The notes under the pieces are model-generated. The model was given only the letters and a program-made list of their open reading frames with translations, was not told the DNA's origin and made no database searches. Source: Polyangiales bacterium (GTDB lineage: Bacteria > Myxococcota_A > Polyangia > Polyangiales > Ga0077539). From it: a stretch of 64,000 nt of DNA. Every line of letters starts with the position of its first letter. The first letter of the stretch is position 1. Of the stretch, positions 30,186 to 41,367 are shown piece after piece. The stretch covers positions 128,001-192,000 of the forward strand of contig JBGARZ010000012.1 in the NCBI GenBank assembly GCA_044229975.1, read 5' to 3'. The translations under genes were made by a program, and so were the position numbers.

Positions 30186-30205
30186 GGTGGAGGTGACGGA
30201 CCGTC

Positions 30206-30982
<777 letters not shown>

Positions 30983-31034
30983 CGCCGCGCAGCGTATCCC
31001 CATCGGGGCGTCGACCGCAGTAGTGTGCGCGCCC

Positions 31035-32132
31035 ATGTCCAACCGAGCGCTCCTGTCTCCCATGAGGTTTCGCAACGGGGTCGAGGCCCGCAACCGCGTC
31101 GTCCTGGCCCCGCTCACCAACACCCAGAGCCACGCCGACGGGTCGTTGTCGGACGACGAGTTTCGCTGGCTGGTGCGCCGCGCGCAGGGCGGCTTCGGCG
31201 TCGTGACGACCTGCGCGACGTACGTCTCCCGCGACGGCCGGGCCTGGGACGGCGAGCTCGGCATCGACGACGACGCGAAGCTCCCCGGTCTTACCCGACT
31301 GGGTAACGCCCTCCGCGAGGCCGGCGCGGTGGGCCTCGTGCAGCTCTTCCACGGCGGCGTGCGCGCGGGCTCCAAGACCACCGGAGTGCAGCCCGTGAGC
31401 GCGTCGACCTGGACGGAGGAGACGCCCGGCTTCGAGGCTCCGCGCGCGGCCACCGCCGAGGACATCGAGCGCTTCATCGGCGACTTCACCCGCGGTGCGG
31501 TGCGCGCCGAGGCGGCGGGCTTCCACGGCGTCGAGCTGCACGGGGCGCACGGGTACCTGCTGGGGCAGTTCTTGAGCCGCACCATGAACACCCGCGACGA
31601 CGACTGGGGCGGTGACCTCGCCGGGCGCGCGCGGCTGCTGCGAGAGTGTCTGCGATCGGTTCGCGCGGCGGTGCGACCCGACTTCGTGGTGGGGGTTCGC
31701 ATCTCCCCAGAGGACTACGGTCAGGCGAAGGGCCTCGACATCGATGACAACCTCACCGTCGCGCGCTGGCTCTGCGACGACGGCGCGGACTTCCTCCACC
31801 TCTCGCTCTGGGACATCGCCCGCAGCCCGCGGAAGTACCCCGATCGCCACGCCATCCCGATGTTTCGCGAGGTGGTGCCCGCGGAGGTTCCCATCGTGGT
31901 GGCGGGTCACATCTGGACGCCCGCCGAAGCTCAAGGGGCGCTCGATCGCGGCGCCGACGCGGTGGCCCTCGGTCGCTCTGGCATCCTCAACCCCGACTGG
32001 GCTCGCGAGGCCAGCGACCCGGCGTGGCAGCCCGCGCGACCGCCCATGAGCGTCGACGACCTCGTCCGGCGCGACGTCTCACCGACCTTCGTGAACTACC
32101 TCCGCCAGTGGAAGAACTTCGTCGCCGACTGA
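31035..32132 (+). CDS. NADH:flavin oxidoreductase (Old Yellow Enzyme family)
   Basis: NRVVLAPLT, QLFHGG, ELHGAHGYLLGQFLS and VALGR motifs. Confidence 0.92.
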   Translation: MSNRALLSPMRFRNGVEARNRVVLAPLTNTQSHADGSLSDDEFRWLVRRAQGGFGVVTTCATYVSRDGRAWDGELGIDDDAKLPGLTRLGNALREAGAVGLVQLFHGGVRAGSKTTGVQPVSASTWTEETPGFEAPRAATAEDIERFIGDFTRGAVRAEAAGFHGVELHGAHGYLLGQFLSRTMNTRDDDWGGDLAGRARLLRECLRSVRAAVRPDFVVGVRISPEDYGQAKGLDIDDNLTVARWLCDDGADFLHLSLWDIARSPRKYPDRHAIPMFREVVPAEVPIVVAGHIWTPAEAQGALDRGADAVALGRSGILNPDWAREASDPAWQPARPPMSVDDLVRRDVSPTFVNYLRQWKNFVAD

Positions 32133-32135
32133 CGA

Positions 32136-32164
32136 CCGCGACCATCAAGTCGCGGCTACTTTTT
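32136..32164 (+). terminator. Probable intrinsic terminator
   Basis: CCGCGAC-6 nt-GTCGCGG stem followed by CTACTTTTT just after the OYE stop. Confidence 0.55.
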
Positions 32165-32321
32165 GCGCGATTATCGAATGATCTATCTCTTTTGGCCGAC
32201 CCCTTCACCCCGTTGGGGTAGCGGGGCGCTGATAATGCCGCAACTGGTGGTCCGGACAGCACGTTCGGCCTGCGCGGCACCGTAGCTCGTCGCAGATCTC
32301 ACCACCGCGTGGAGGATTCCG

Positions 32322-34868
32322 ATGGGTGCAAGAACTCGTGCCTCGGTCTTGACGTTGCTCGCGGGCGTCGGGGTGGTCGGCGCCGTGACGTGGAAGGTCG
32401 CCGGTCCTGGTCGGTCGCGCGAAGCGCAGGCCAGCGGCGCAACGCGGGCCGAACGTGGTCCTACCGCGGGCGAGCGCATCGGGTCGGCTGCGGATGGAGC
32501 GGCGCTCAACCAACGCATCGCCTCGCTGCGCAACGCCGAGGCCGCCGTCCGCCAGATCGATCGCGCGGTGCTCACCCCGTGGCGCGCCGCCTGGACGGCC
32601 CGCGACGCCGCGGCCTTCGCCCGGGTGCTCGCGCCCAACGCCGAGACGCCCGCGTGGGCCAGCGCCGAGCGCACCAACCGTCGCGAGGTGCAGGGCATCC
32701 GCGAGCTCGCCTGGACGCCCGCCGCAGGAACGCAGCCCGACGAGATGGCCCGCTACCTCGGAGCCTTCGCGCGGGTCGAGCATGTGCAACTCGACGTGGT
32801 TCGCCTCGACACGCCGACGCCCACCACCGCCACTGCGATCGTGCGCATGGACCTCCGCGGCATGGAGGCCGACGGCGCCCGACGGCAGGACCGCGGCGAG
32901 GTCACCGTGGCGCTCACCAAGGGCGCGCAGGGTTGGCGAGTGACCTCGATGCGTCCGTCGGGCGCGTTGGAGACCATCACGGCGGCGTCGACGCGGGCCC
33001 CGGCCTTCGAAGACGCCACGACCGCGGTGGGCCTCGACCGCGTGGCGCGGGTCGACCGTCGCGAGGCGATTCGTCGCGGCGGGTACGCGCTGGCGGTGAC
33101 CGACTACGACGCCGACGGGCGGCCCGACGTGCTCGTGGGCAACTGGGGTCCGGTGCAGCTCTTCCACAACACGCCGCAGGGCTTCGTGGAGGTGTCCGCG
33201 GCAGCGGGTCTCGCGGGTGAGTCGCTGGTGAAGTCGGCGGCCTTCGCCGACCTCGACAACGACGGGTTGCAGGACCTGGTGATGGTTCGCTTCGTGGACA
33301 CCACGCGGCCGCCGGGGCCCGATCGCGGGAGCCTCTGGGACGGCACCGAAGGCGACGGTGACTTCGTGGCGTACCGCAACCTCGGCGGCGGTCGCTTCGA
33401 GCGCAAGGGCAACGTGCTCACGCGCCACCGGCACTACGACCGCAGCATGCCGCTCGCCATCGCCGACCTCGACGGCGACGGCCGGCTCGACGTGTACGTG
33501 GGCTTCCCCGGCGCGCGCGACTTCACCAACGACCTCGCGCGCACGGGCGGCAACCCCAACCTCGCGCACCAGGGCATCTGGCTCAACCGCGGCAACTGGA
33601 ACTTCTCCGAAGCCCAGGCGATGCAGGCCGAGAGCGGGCAGCCCGTCAACGAGGCGCAGGTGTTTCCCCACGCGGTGCTGGCGACCGACCTCGACGGCGA
33701 CAACCGCCCCGAGCTCGTGGTCGTCGACGACAGCGGGCACTTCAGCCCGGTGTACAAGAACGAGGGCGGCGGGCGCTTCCGCGACGTGACGCGCGAGATG
33801 GGCGTCGGCGTCGCCTCGTGGGGCATGGGCGCGACGTCGGGCGACTACGACGGCGACGGCGCCAACGACCTGCTGCTCACCAACGTGTCCTTCGCGGGCG
33901 GCGAGCGCATGAGCGCGCGGCTCGCGGCCGAGGGCAACAGCCCCGCCTCCGAGGAGCTGCGTCATCGCACGCAAGACCTCGTGTCGCGCGGCATGCACCT
34001 CTTCCACAACCGCGGCGACGGTCGCTTCGATGAGGTGACCGATCGGGCGGGCGTTCCGTGGGCGGGCAGCGGCCCGGCGTGCGCCGAGTGGATCGACTAC
34101 AACAACGACGGCCACCTCGACATGTACATCGCCAACGGCCTCTGGTCGGGCGGCGCCGAGGACTCCGAGAGCTTCTTCCTCACGCTGGTCTTCGACCGCG
34201 AGACGCGGCGCAGCGCCATCGGCGACCTCGCCATGAGCATGCCCGGCACGCGCGGCCTCGGGGCCAACCCCGTGCTCACCATCCTGCGGGATTTCCGCGG
34301 GACGCTCGATGACCCGCGGCACGGCGCGACGAGCGAGCGGCCGACGCTCTCGCTGGGCGGCCGTCAGCGCAACCGCCTCTTCCGCAACAACGGCGACGGC
34401 ACCTTCACCGACGTGGCCTTCCTCGAAAACGCCGACCGCATCGAGGACGGCTACGTGCTCGCGCCCGCCGACGTCGACGGCGACGGACGGCAGGACCTCG
34501 TGCTCCGCAACGCCGATCCGCCGCCTTCGCAGTCCTTCGCGCCGGTGGTGTATTTGCACAACACGGGCGCTCCCGCGGGCTCGCTCGCGGTCACGCTCGA
34601 AGGCGTGGCGAGCAACCGCTCGGGCATCGGCGCGCGGGTGACCGCGGTGGTCGGTGGTCGTTCGCTGAGCCGCGAAGTCCGCTCCGTAGGCGGCGCGAGC
34701 GAGGGTCCGCCCGAGGCGCACTTCGGCCTGGGTGGCGCCGCGCGCGCCGAGTCCATCGAGGTGCGCTGGCCGTCGGGTCGCGTCGAGCGCTTCCCCGGCG
34801 CGGCGGCCGGTCGCACGAGGTTGCGCGAGGGCAGCGGCACCGTCGTCACGACGCCTCCGCGCGCCTGA
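32322..34868 (+). CDS. CRTAC1-like FG-GAP repeat protein with a C-terminal ASPIC/UnbV domain
   Basis: Many DxDxDGxxD repeats; C-terminal GIGARVT...HFGLG...EVRWPSG; N-terminal membrane anchor and a possible NTF2-like domain. Confidence 0.88.
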   Translation: MGARTRASVLTLLAGVGVVGAVTWKVAGPGRSREAQASGATRAERGPTAGERIGSAADGAALNQRIASLRNAEAAVRQIDRAVLTPWRAAWTARDAAAFARVLAPNAETPAWASAERTNRREVQGIRELAWTPAAGTQPDEMARYLGAFARVEHVQLDVVRLDTPTPTTATAIVRMDLRGMEADGARRQDRGEVTVALTKGAQGWRVTSMRPSGALETITAASTRAPAFEDATTAVGLDRVARVDRREAIRRGGYALAVTDYDADGRPDVLVGNWGPVQLFHNTPQGFVEVSAAAGLAGESLVKSAAFADLDNDGLQDLVMVRFVDTTRPPGPDRGSLWDGTEGDGDFVAYRNLGGGRFERKGNVLTRHRHYDRSMPLAIADLDGDGRLDVYVGFPGARDFTNDLARTGGNPNLAHQGIWLNRGNWNFSEAQAMQAESGQPVNEAQVFPHAVLATDLDGDNRPELVVVDDSGHFSPVYKNEGGGRFRDVTREMGVGVASWGMGATSGDYDGDGANDLLLTNVSFAGGERMSARLAAEGNSPASEELRHRTQDLVSRGMHLFHNRGDGRFDEVTDRAGVPWAGSGPACAEWIDYNNDGHLDMYIANGLWSGGAEDSESFFLTLVFDRETRRSAIGDLAMSMPGTRGLGANPVLTILRDFRGTLDDPRHGATSERPTLSLGGRQRNRLFRNNGDGTFTDVAFLENADRIEDGYVLAPADVDGDGRQDLVLRNADPPPSQSFAPVVYLHNTGAPAGSLAVTLEGVASNRSGIGARVTAVVGGRSLSREVRSVGGASEGPPEAHFGLGGAARAESIEVRWPSGRVERFPGAAAGRTRLREGSGTVVTTPPRA

Positions 34869-34872
34869 TTCG

Positions 34873-35106
34873 GTGCCGGAGTTCGCGTGACCCCATCGCG
34901 AGTGCGTGCAGTCGCTCACTCCGGGCTATTTCAGGTGGTCACCTCGCTATCGCGAGGTTGCAGCACTGGCTTTGATGAACAGCCCATCAACTCGTCCACC
35001 GTCAGCTGTGAGTTCCTGCAACCTCGCGATAGCGAGGTGACCACCTGAAATAGCCCGGAGTGAGCGACTGCACGCACTCGCGATGGGGTCACGCGAACTC
35101 CGGCAC
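34873..35106. repeat. 234-bp palindromic element (perfect 91-bp arms, 52-bp loop)
   Basis: 34873-34963 is the exact reverse complement of 35016-35106. Confidence 0.92.
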
Positions 35107-35169
35107 AGCGGGCACCACGCGCCTGAGACTCTCGCCCTCAACGCCGCGATCGGCGATCCTCCGCCCTCT

Positions 35170-36162
35170 ATGGGCTTCCGCTTCTCCAAGCACCTCAACC
35201 TCCCTGGCGGGTTCCGGCTCAACGTCGGAACCAAGGGGCTCGGCGTCTCGTGGGGCGTGCGCGGCTTCCGCGTCGGCGTCGGACCCAACGGCGCGAAGTA
35301 CACCGCCTCGCTCCCGGGCACCGGCGCCTCGTGGTCGGGCGGCATCGGTGGCGGCGCTCCCTCCTCGACGAAGGGCAACGCACCGCCCGCCTCGCGCGCC
35401 GTCAGCGCACCGAAGCCGACGCCCGTCGACCCCGCCGCGGCGGTCGCGGCCCACGAGGCGCTGCTCCAGCAGCTCATCTCGCTCCATCGCGTCGTCCCCA
35501 CCACCTGGGACTGGAACGCCATCGCCGCCGCGCCCGCACCACCACCCGTGACAACGAACGACCCGGCCGCGGTCGAGGCGTGGCGGATGGCCCAGGCGCG
35601 CTGGCAGTGGTTTCACGACGTCGCGGTCGGCGTGCTCGCGGGCAACGTGCAGGCCTGCGAGGCGGTGCTTCAGCACCTCGGCCCCTTCCAGCGATTGCAG
35701 GAGCTGGGCGGGTCCATTCGTGTGTCCATCCAACAGGACTGGTGCGTGGAGGCGTGGCTGTCCGCCAACGGCTCGGAGGTCATCCCGACGGAGCAGCCGA
35801 CGGTGACGCCGACGGGGAAGTCCGGTCGCAAGAAGATCCCCGAGTCGCGCCGCTGGGAGTTGTTTCAAGACCACGTGTGCAGCGCCGCGCTGCGGGTGGC
35901 GCGCGAGACCTTCGCGTTGCTTCCCATCCCGGTGGTGTTCGTCCACGTGGCCGACGTGAAGCTCGACCCGTCGACCGGTCACGAAGCGGTGGTTCCGGTG
36001 TTGTCGGTGGCCTTCGATCGCGAGGTGTTCGCGAGGCTCAACCTCGACAAGGTCGACCCGTCGAGCGCCGTCGAAGGCTTCGACCACGCCATGAACTTCA
36101 AGAAGACCACCGGCTTCTCCGCGGTGGTGCCGCTCGACCCCAGCGACGCCGCGCCCGGCTGA
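35170..36162 (+). CDS. DUF4236-domain protein
   Basis: MGFRFSKHLNLPGGFRLNVGTKGLGVSWG...TASLPGTG N-terminal signature. Confidence 0.8.
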   Translation: MGFRFSKHLNLPGGFRLNVGTKGLGVSWGVRGFRVGVGPNGAKYTASLPGTGASWSGGIGGGAPSSTKGNAPPASRAVSAPKPTPVDPAAAVAAHEALLQQLISLHRVVPTTWDWNAIAAAPAPPPVTTNDPAAVEAWRMAQARWQWFHDVAVGVLAGNVQACEAVLQHLGPFQRLQELGGSIRVSIQQDWCVEAWLSANGSEVIPTEQPTVTPTGKSGRKKIPESRRWELFQDHVCSAALRVARETFALLPIPVVFVHVADVKLDPSTGHEAVVPVLSVAFDREVFARLNLDKVDPSSAVEGFDHAMNFKKTTGFSAVVPLDPSDAAPG

Positions 36163-36262
36163 CACCGCTGGGGTCTCGACACCCCACGTCCCTACGTAAT
36201 TCCGAGCACTTGCGGCGGCATGACGCGCGCACTCCCTGGGTCTCCCGAGGAGCAACAACGCC

Positions 36263-37009
36263 ATGCACATCGAGAGTTCTGCCTGCACGCACGTCGGTCG
36301 ACGGAGCAACAACGAGGACAGCCACTGCGCCGTCGAGCCCATCGGTCTCTTCGCGGTGGCCGACGGGATGGGCGGCTACGAGGGCGGCGAGATCGCCAGC
36401 CGGGTGGCCATCGAGACCCTCGAACGCTTCTACCGCCGCAACGCCGCCGAGGACGACGTCACCTGGCCCTTCGCCCTCGACCCGGCCATCGACCTCGATC
36501 GCAACATGGTCGCCACCGGGGTGAAGCTCGCCGACTCCTTCATCGCCGCGCAGCGCACCGGGCGCCTCTCCTCCATGGGGACCACGGTCGCCACCCTCGT
36601 CGTGCGCGACGGCCGCGTGGTCATCGGACACGTCGGCGACTCCAGGGTCTACCGGGTTCGCGGCGGACGATTGGAGGCCATGACCCGCGATCACTCGCTC
36701 TATGAAGAGATGGTCGCCATGGGGTCGAAGGTCGGTCCGCGCAGCGAGTTTCCGCACGCCAACGTCATCACCCGCGCGCTCGGGATGAAGCCGCCCGTGA
36801 AGGTCGACACACGCACGGAGAGCGCCCGCGCCGGGGATGTCTTCCTGCTGTGCACCGACGGGCTCTACGACTCCGTCACGCCCGCGCGCATGGCCGACGT
36901 GCTCACCACGATGCACCCGCGCGACGCCGGGCAGACGCTGGTGGAGGAAGCCTTCCTCAACGGATCGCGGGACAACATCACCGCCGTCGTGGTCGCCGTG
37001 GTGGGGTGA
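36263..37009 (+). CDS. PP2C-family Ser/Thr protein phosphatase
   Basis: NED, VADGMGG, HVGDSR, LCTDGL and DNIT motifs. Confidence 0.95.
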   Translation: MHIESSACTHVGRRSNNEDSHCAVEPIGLFAVADGMGGYEGGEIASRVAIETLERFYRRNAAEDDVTWPFALDPAIDLDRNMVATGVKLADSFIAAQRTGRLSSMGTTVATLVVRDGRVVIGHVGDSRVYRVRGGRLEAMTRDHSLYEEMVAMGSKVGPRSEFPHANVITRALGMKPPVKVDTRTESARAGDVFLLCTDGLYDSVTPARMADVLTTMHPRDAGQTLVEEAFLNGSRDNITAVVVAVVG

Positions 37010-37069
37010 CGATCCCCACTCCCGCGACGGTCGATACGCGACTACCGTCCGCCGCAGGAGTCCACCTCA

Positions 37070-37987
37070 ATGTCCCTCTATTCGATGATCGCGGGCCGCG
37101 GGCCCAACGGGTTCGGCTACGGGTCCACCGCTGAAGACGTCACCGCCGGCCTCTCGCTCGCGGGCAAGACCGTGCTCGTGACCGGCTGCAACTCTGGCCT
37201 CGGGCTGGAGACCATGCGCGTGCTGGCGCTGCGCGGCGCGCACGTCATCGGCACCGCGCGCACCACCGCGAAGGCCACCGAGGCGGGCGCGACGGTGACC
37301 GGCCAGACGACGGGCCTCGCGTGCGAGCTGTCGGACCCGGCGTCGGTGCGCGGCTGCGTGGCGGCGGTGAAGGCGATGGGCGTCACGCTCGACGCGATCA
37401 TCGCCAACGCCGGGGTGATGGCGCTCCCGGAGCTCACGCTGGCGCATGGGTACGAGATGCAGTTCTTCACCAACCACGTGGGGCACTTCATGCTCGTGAC
37501 GGGGCTGCGCGACGCGCTCGCCGCCGACGGCCGCGTCGTGATGGTGAGCAGCAACGCGCACAACCGCGCGCCCAAGGAGGGCATCCAGTTCGACAACCTC
37601 GACGGCGCGAAGGGCTACTCCCCGTGGGCGGCGTACGGCCAGTCGAAGATCGCCAACCTGCTCTTCGCCAAGGAGCTCGCGCGGCAGTTCGCGGGATCGA
37701 AGCGCACGGCCAACGCGCTGCACCCCGGCGTCATCAAGACCAACCTCACCCGCAGCATGAACCCGCTGGTGGGCGTCGCGTTTGCGCTGGCCACGCCGCT
37801 CGGGTTCAAGTCCATCGCCGAGGGCGCGGCGACGCAGTGCTACGTGGCCGTCAACCCGGGCGCCGCGACGGTGAGCGGGGAGTACTTCTCGCACAGCGCG
37901 GTGGCGAAGTGCCGCGCCGACGCCAACGACCCGGCGCTGGCGAAGCGGCTGTGGCAGCGCACCGAGGAGATCGTCGCGGCGGTGTAG
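37070..37987 (+). CDS. SDR oxidoreductase (retinol dehydrogenase/WWOX-like)
   Basis: TGCNSGLG, NAG, NHVGHF, YGQSK and HPG motifs. Confidence 0.93.
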   Translation: MSLYSMIAGRGPNGFGYGSTAEDVTAGLSLAGKTVLVTGCNSGLGLETMRVLALRGAHVIGTARTTAKATEAGATVTGQTTGLACELSDPASVRGCVAAVKAMGVTLDAIIANAGVMALPELTLAHGYEMQFFTNHVGHFMLVTGLRDALAADGRVVMVSSNAHNRAPKEGIQFDNLDGAKGYSPWAAYGQSKIANLLFAKELARQFAGSKRTANALHPGVIKTNLTRSMNPLVGVAFALATPLGFKSIAEGAATQCYVAVNPGAATVSGEYFSHSAVAKCRADANDPALAKRLWQRTEEIVAAV

Positions 37988-38056
37988 GGGTGACCAGCAT
38001 GGGGTACGGCTGGGGTTCGGGCGCTGGCCCTCACCCCAGCGTCCCCTCGTGACCGC

Positions 38057-39076
38057 TCACCGCGCCGCCGCATGCCGCGCCCGATACTCCGACGGCGCGA
38101 CCGACTCCCACCGCTTGAACGCCCGCCGGAAGTTCGCCAGATCCGAGTAGCCCAATGTGTAGGCGATCTCATCCACGGTGAACCGCCCCGCCTTCAGGTG
38201 CTCCACCGCGAGCGTGTGGCGCACCTCTTCGAGCAGCTCGCGAAACGACGTCTCCTCCTCCAACAGCCTCCGGTGCAGCGTTCGCGGCGTCATCGAGAAC
38301 AGCCGCGCCGTCACCTGCAACGACGGAAACCCGCTCTGCTTCTCCAGCAGCAACCGCCGCACGCGCGTCGCCATCGACGCGTTGGCCGTGAGCTTGTCGA
38401 GCTCGCGCTGGCAGATCTCCGCGGCCTCACGAAACGCCTCCGGGTCGGCCATCGTCAGCGGAACATCCAGCGCCGCCATCGGCATCGAGAAGCCCGTCCA
38501 CGACTGCCCGTACCGCACCGGCGCGCCAAACAGATCGCGCGCCAGGTCGGCGTACTCCGGCGTCGCGAAGGGAAAGGCCACCTCGCTCACACGACCGACA
38601 CCCATCGAGATGGCATCGAGGATGTTCTTGATGCTGAGCACCACTGCCTCCAGCAGCGGCCGCCGAACATCCCCCAGCGGGTGCGTCTCCGTGAAGACGA
38701 TGCGCATCTCGCCCTTGTGCTCCTCGTGACCGACGGCCAGCAGCGACAGCCGCAACCCCGCGTAGCGCTCCACGAGCGCCAGCGCCTCGCGAATCGTCCC
38801 GCTGTTGAGCGCGGCGTACCCGAGGATGCCGTGCGTCGTGGCGCCCAGTCGCTCGCCCACCAGCAGCCCCAGCGCGGGCTCGTGCGACAGCAGCAACGCG
38901 TCGCGAACGAGCTGCTGAAACACCGCGAGCGGAATGCTCAACGAGGGGTCGTGCAGCTGCGACTCCCGCAGCCCGCTGCGCTCCAGCCACTGCCCGACGT
39001 CGCCCCCGTGGCTGCCGATCTGCTCGGCGATGTGCCGCAGGTACAGCACCGGCAACGTGAGGGCCTCGCCACGCAT
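38057..39076 (-). CDS. AraC-family transcriptional regulator (OruR/ArgR-like ligand-binding domain)
   Basis: HGILGYAALNS; C-terminal SMTPRTLHRRL...IAYTLGYSDLANFRRAFKRW. Confidence 0.92.
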   Translation of the reverse strand: MRGEALTLPVLYLRHIAEQIGSHGGDVGQWLERSGLRESQLHDPSLSIPLAVFQQLVRDALLLSHEPALGLLVGERLGATTHGILGYAALNSGTIREALALVERYAGLRLSLLAVGHEEHKGEMRIVFTETHPLGDVRRPLLEAVVLSIKNILDAISMGVGRVSEVAFPFATPEYADLARDLFGAPVRYGQSWTGFSMPMAALDVPLTMADPEAFREAAEICQRELDKLTANASMATRVRRLLLEKQSGFPSLQVTARLFSMTPRTLHRRLLEEETSFRELLEEVRHTLAVEHLKAGRFTVDEIAYTLGYSDLANFRRAFKRWESVAPSEYRARHAAAR

Positions 39077-39159
39077 CCCAACCCACTCTGTCAATAAATG
39101 ACCCCTCGTTGTCAACGCGGGACCCCTCCCCCGACCGCCCGCGCGCCTACGCTTCTTCC

Positions 39160-41367
39160 ATGGCCACGATGCGAACCACCCGAAGCCCGATCACCGCGCA
39201 CATCAACGCCCTGCCCGTGATCGTCGAACCGCGTGAGACGGTGCTCCAGGCCGCCCTGCGCAGCGGCGTCGACTTCCCCAATAGCTGCCGCGTCGGCGGC
39301 TGCGGCGCGTGCAAGTGCCAGCTCACCGAGGGCTCCGTGCGCGAGCTCACCGAGACCGGTTACCTCCTCTCCCGCGAGGAGATCGACCAGGGGTACATCC
39401 TCGCGTGTCAGAGCGTTCCGACGTCCGATGTTCGCATCGCCGTGGACCTCGCCGCGCGCTCTGTCGCCGGCCACGTCGTCGCCCAGGAGCGCGTCACCCA
39501 CGACATCACCCGCCTGCGCGTTCAGCTCGCCCAACCGATCACCTACCGCGCGGGTCAGTTCGCGCGCGTCACCCTCGACGGCGTCACGCGCAGCTACTCC
39601 TTCGCTTCACCCGCGAGCGATGACGGCGCGGTGAGCTTCTTCGTCCGCAAGGTCCCTGGCGGAAAGCTCTCGTCGATGGTCCATGACCACGACCTCGTCG
39701 GCCGCGACGTCCACCTCGAAGGACCCTCCGGCGCCTTCTGGCTGCGCCCCTCCGACGCGCCCATCGTGCTCGTCGCGGGCGGCAGCGGCCTCGCGCCCAT
39801 CCTCGCGCTCTTGCAGGAAGCCGTCGCGTCCGGCGTCTCCCGCGACGCCACGCTCCTCTTCGGCGCCCGAACCGCCGCCGACCTCTACGCCCTCGACGAC
39901 ATCGCCACCATCGCGCGCCAATGGAAGGGCTCCTTCCGCTTCGTTCCGGTGCTCTCCGCGGCCGACGATGACGCCACCTGGGACGGCGCTCGCGGCCTCG
40001 TCACCGAACACCTCGCCGCCCACCTCCCCGTCGGCGCGCACGCCTACCTCTGCGGCCCTCCCGCCATGGTCGATGCCGCCAGCGCGCTGCTCGGCACGCT
40101 CGGTGTCGAACACATCCACTGCGATCGCTTCACCACGCAGCACGACCCGCCCGTCATCGCGCTACCCGCTCACGCCGCTTCTTCGCCCGCGTCCGCGTGG
40201 GACGCGCTGCACTACCTCAAGTTCTCGCTCTTCCATGGTGTCGGCCTGCTCGCTGCCGTCGCTCTCCTCGCCGGTGGTCCGCTCATCACGCTGGGGCTCG
40301 TCGCCATCCTCGCGCTCTACATGGTCGGTGACGCCGTCGGCGGCGACGACACCTCCACGCCGACGTACCGCTTCCCCGCCATCCTCACGACGCAGCTCTG
40401 GCTGGCGCTGCCGCTCCTGTCCTTCGTCGTCTTCGCAGCAGTCTGGACCGTCTGCCCCGGCGACCCGCTCGGCTTCGGCCACGCGATCACGCGCCTCACC
40501 GGCTACGACGTGATCGCGGCGCGCGCGGCGACGGCGAGCATCCACCACGTCTCCGCGTGGGTCGTCACCGGCCTCATGATCGGCATGGTCGGAACCATCC
40601 CCGCCCACGAGCTCACCCACCGCACCTGGGACCGCGTGTCGATGTTCGTGGGGCGGTGGCTGCTGGCGTTCAGCTTCGACACGACCTTCGCCATCGAGCA
40701 CGTCTACGGCCACCACCGCTACGTCTCCACGGAGGAAGACCCCGCCACCGCGCCGCGCGGGCGCAACGTGTACTTCCACATCGTCGCCTCGACGCTGAAG
40801 GGCAACGTCAGCGCGTGGAAGATCGAGCGCGAGCGGTTGGAGAAGAAGCGCCTCGCGGTGTGGTCGTGGCGCAACGCGGTGCTGCGCGGCCACCTGATGA
40901 GCGTCGCGTTGGTGGCGGGCGCGTGGGCGATGGGCGGCTGGCGGGCGGCGGCCTTCTTCAGCGCGTGTGCGCTGTGGGGGAAGGCGCTGCTGGAGATCGT
41001 CAACTACATGGAGCACTACGGCATCGTGCGAAACCCGGCGACCCCGGTGCAGCCGCGCCACTCCTGGAACACCAACCGCCGCGTCAGCTCGTGGAGCATG
41101 TTCAACCTGACGAGGCACTCGCATCACCACGCGCAGGGCGAGGTTCCGTATCAAGAGCTGCGGCCGTATGCGGATGCGCCGATGATGATCAACGGGTACC
41201 TGACGACGCTGGTGGTCGCGATGATCCCGCCGCTCTGGCACCACCTGATGACGCCGAAGGTGCTCGCCTGGGACCGCGACTTCGCCACCGACGAAGAGCG
41301 CCGCCTCGCCGCCCGCGCGACCGAACGCGCGCCGACGTGGTTCGCCGCCGCGACGTCGACCCGCTGA
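39160..41367 (+). CDS. alkB: Fusion of 2Fe-2S ferredoxin, ferredoxin-NAD(P)H reductase and AlkB-type membrane diiron monooxygenase
   Basis: CRVGGCGAC...C; RSYS, GGSGLAP and YLCGPP; AlkB His motifs HELTH, EHVYGHH, NYMEHYG and LTRHSHHH. Confidence 0.9.
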   Translation: MATMRTTRSPITAHINALPVIVEPRETVLQAALRSGVDFPNSCRVGGCGACKCQLTEGSVRELTETGYLLSREEIDQGYILACQSVPTSDVRIAVDLAARSVAGHVVAQERVTHDITRLRVQLAQPITYRAGQFARVTLDGVTRSYSFASPASDDGAVSFFVRKVPGGKLSSMVHDHDLVGRDVHLEGPSGAFWLRPSDAPIVLVAGGSGLAPILALLQEAVASGVSRDATLLFGARTAADLYALDDIATIARQWKGSFRFVPVLSAADDDATWDGARGLVTEHLAAHLPVGAHAYLCGPPAMVDAASALLGTLGVEHIHCDRFTTQHDPPVIALPAHAASSPASAWDALHYLKFSLFHGVGLLAAVALLAGGPLITLGLVAILALYMVGDAVGGDDTSTPTYRFPAILTTQLWLALPLLSFVVFAAVWTVCPGDPLGFGHAITRLTGYDVIAARAATASIHHVSAWVVTGLMIGMVGTIPAHELTHRTWDRVSMFVGRWLLAFSFDTTFAIEHVYGHHRYVSTEEDPATAPRGRNVYFHIVASTLKGNVSAWKIERERLEKKRLAVWSWRNAVLRGHLMSVALVAGAWAMGGWRAAAFFSACALWGKALLEIVNYMEHYGIVRNPATPVQPRHSWNTNRRVSSWSMFNLTRHSHHHAQGEVPYQELRPYADAPMMINGYLTTLVVAMIPPLWHHLMTPKVLAWDRDFATDEERRLAARATERAPTWFAAATSTR

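Noticed and set aside
34873..35106. Long hairpins as retron msr/msd or IS ends with a cargo gene
   Set aside because: No reverse transcriptase or transposase in the window, and the loops are too short to code.
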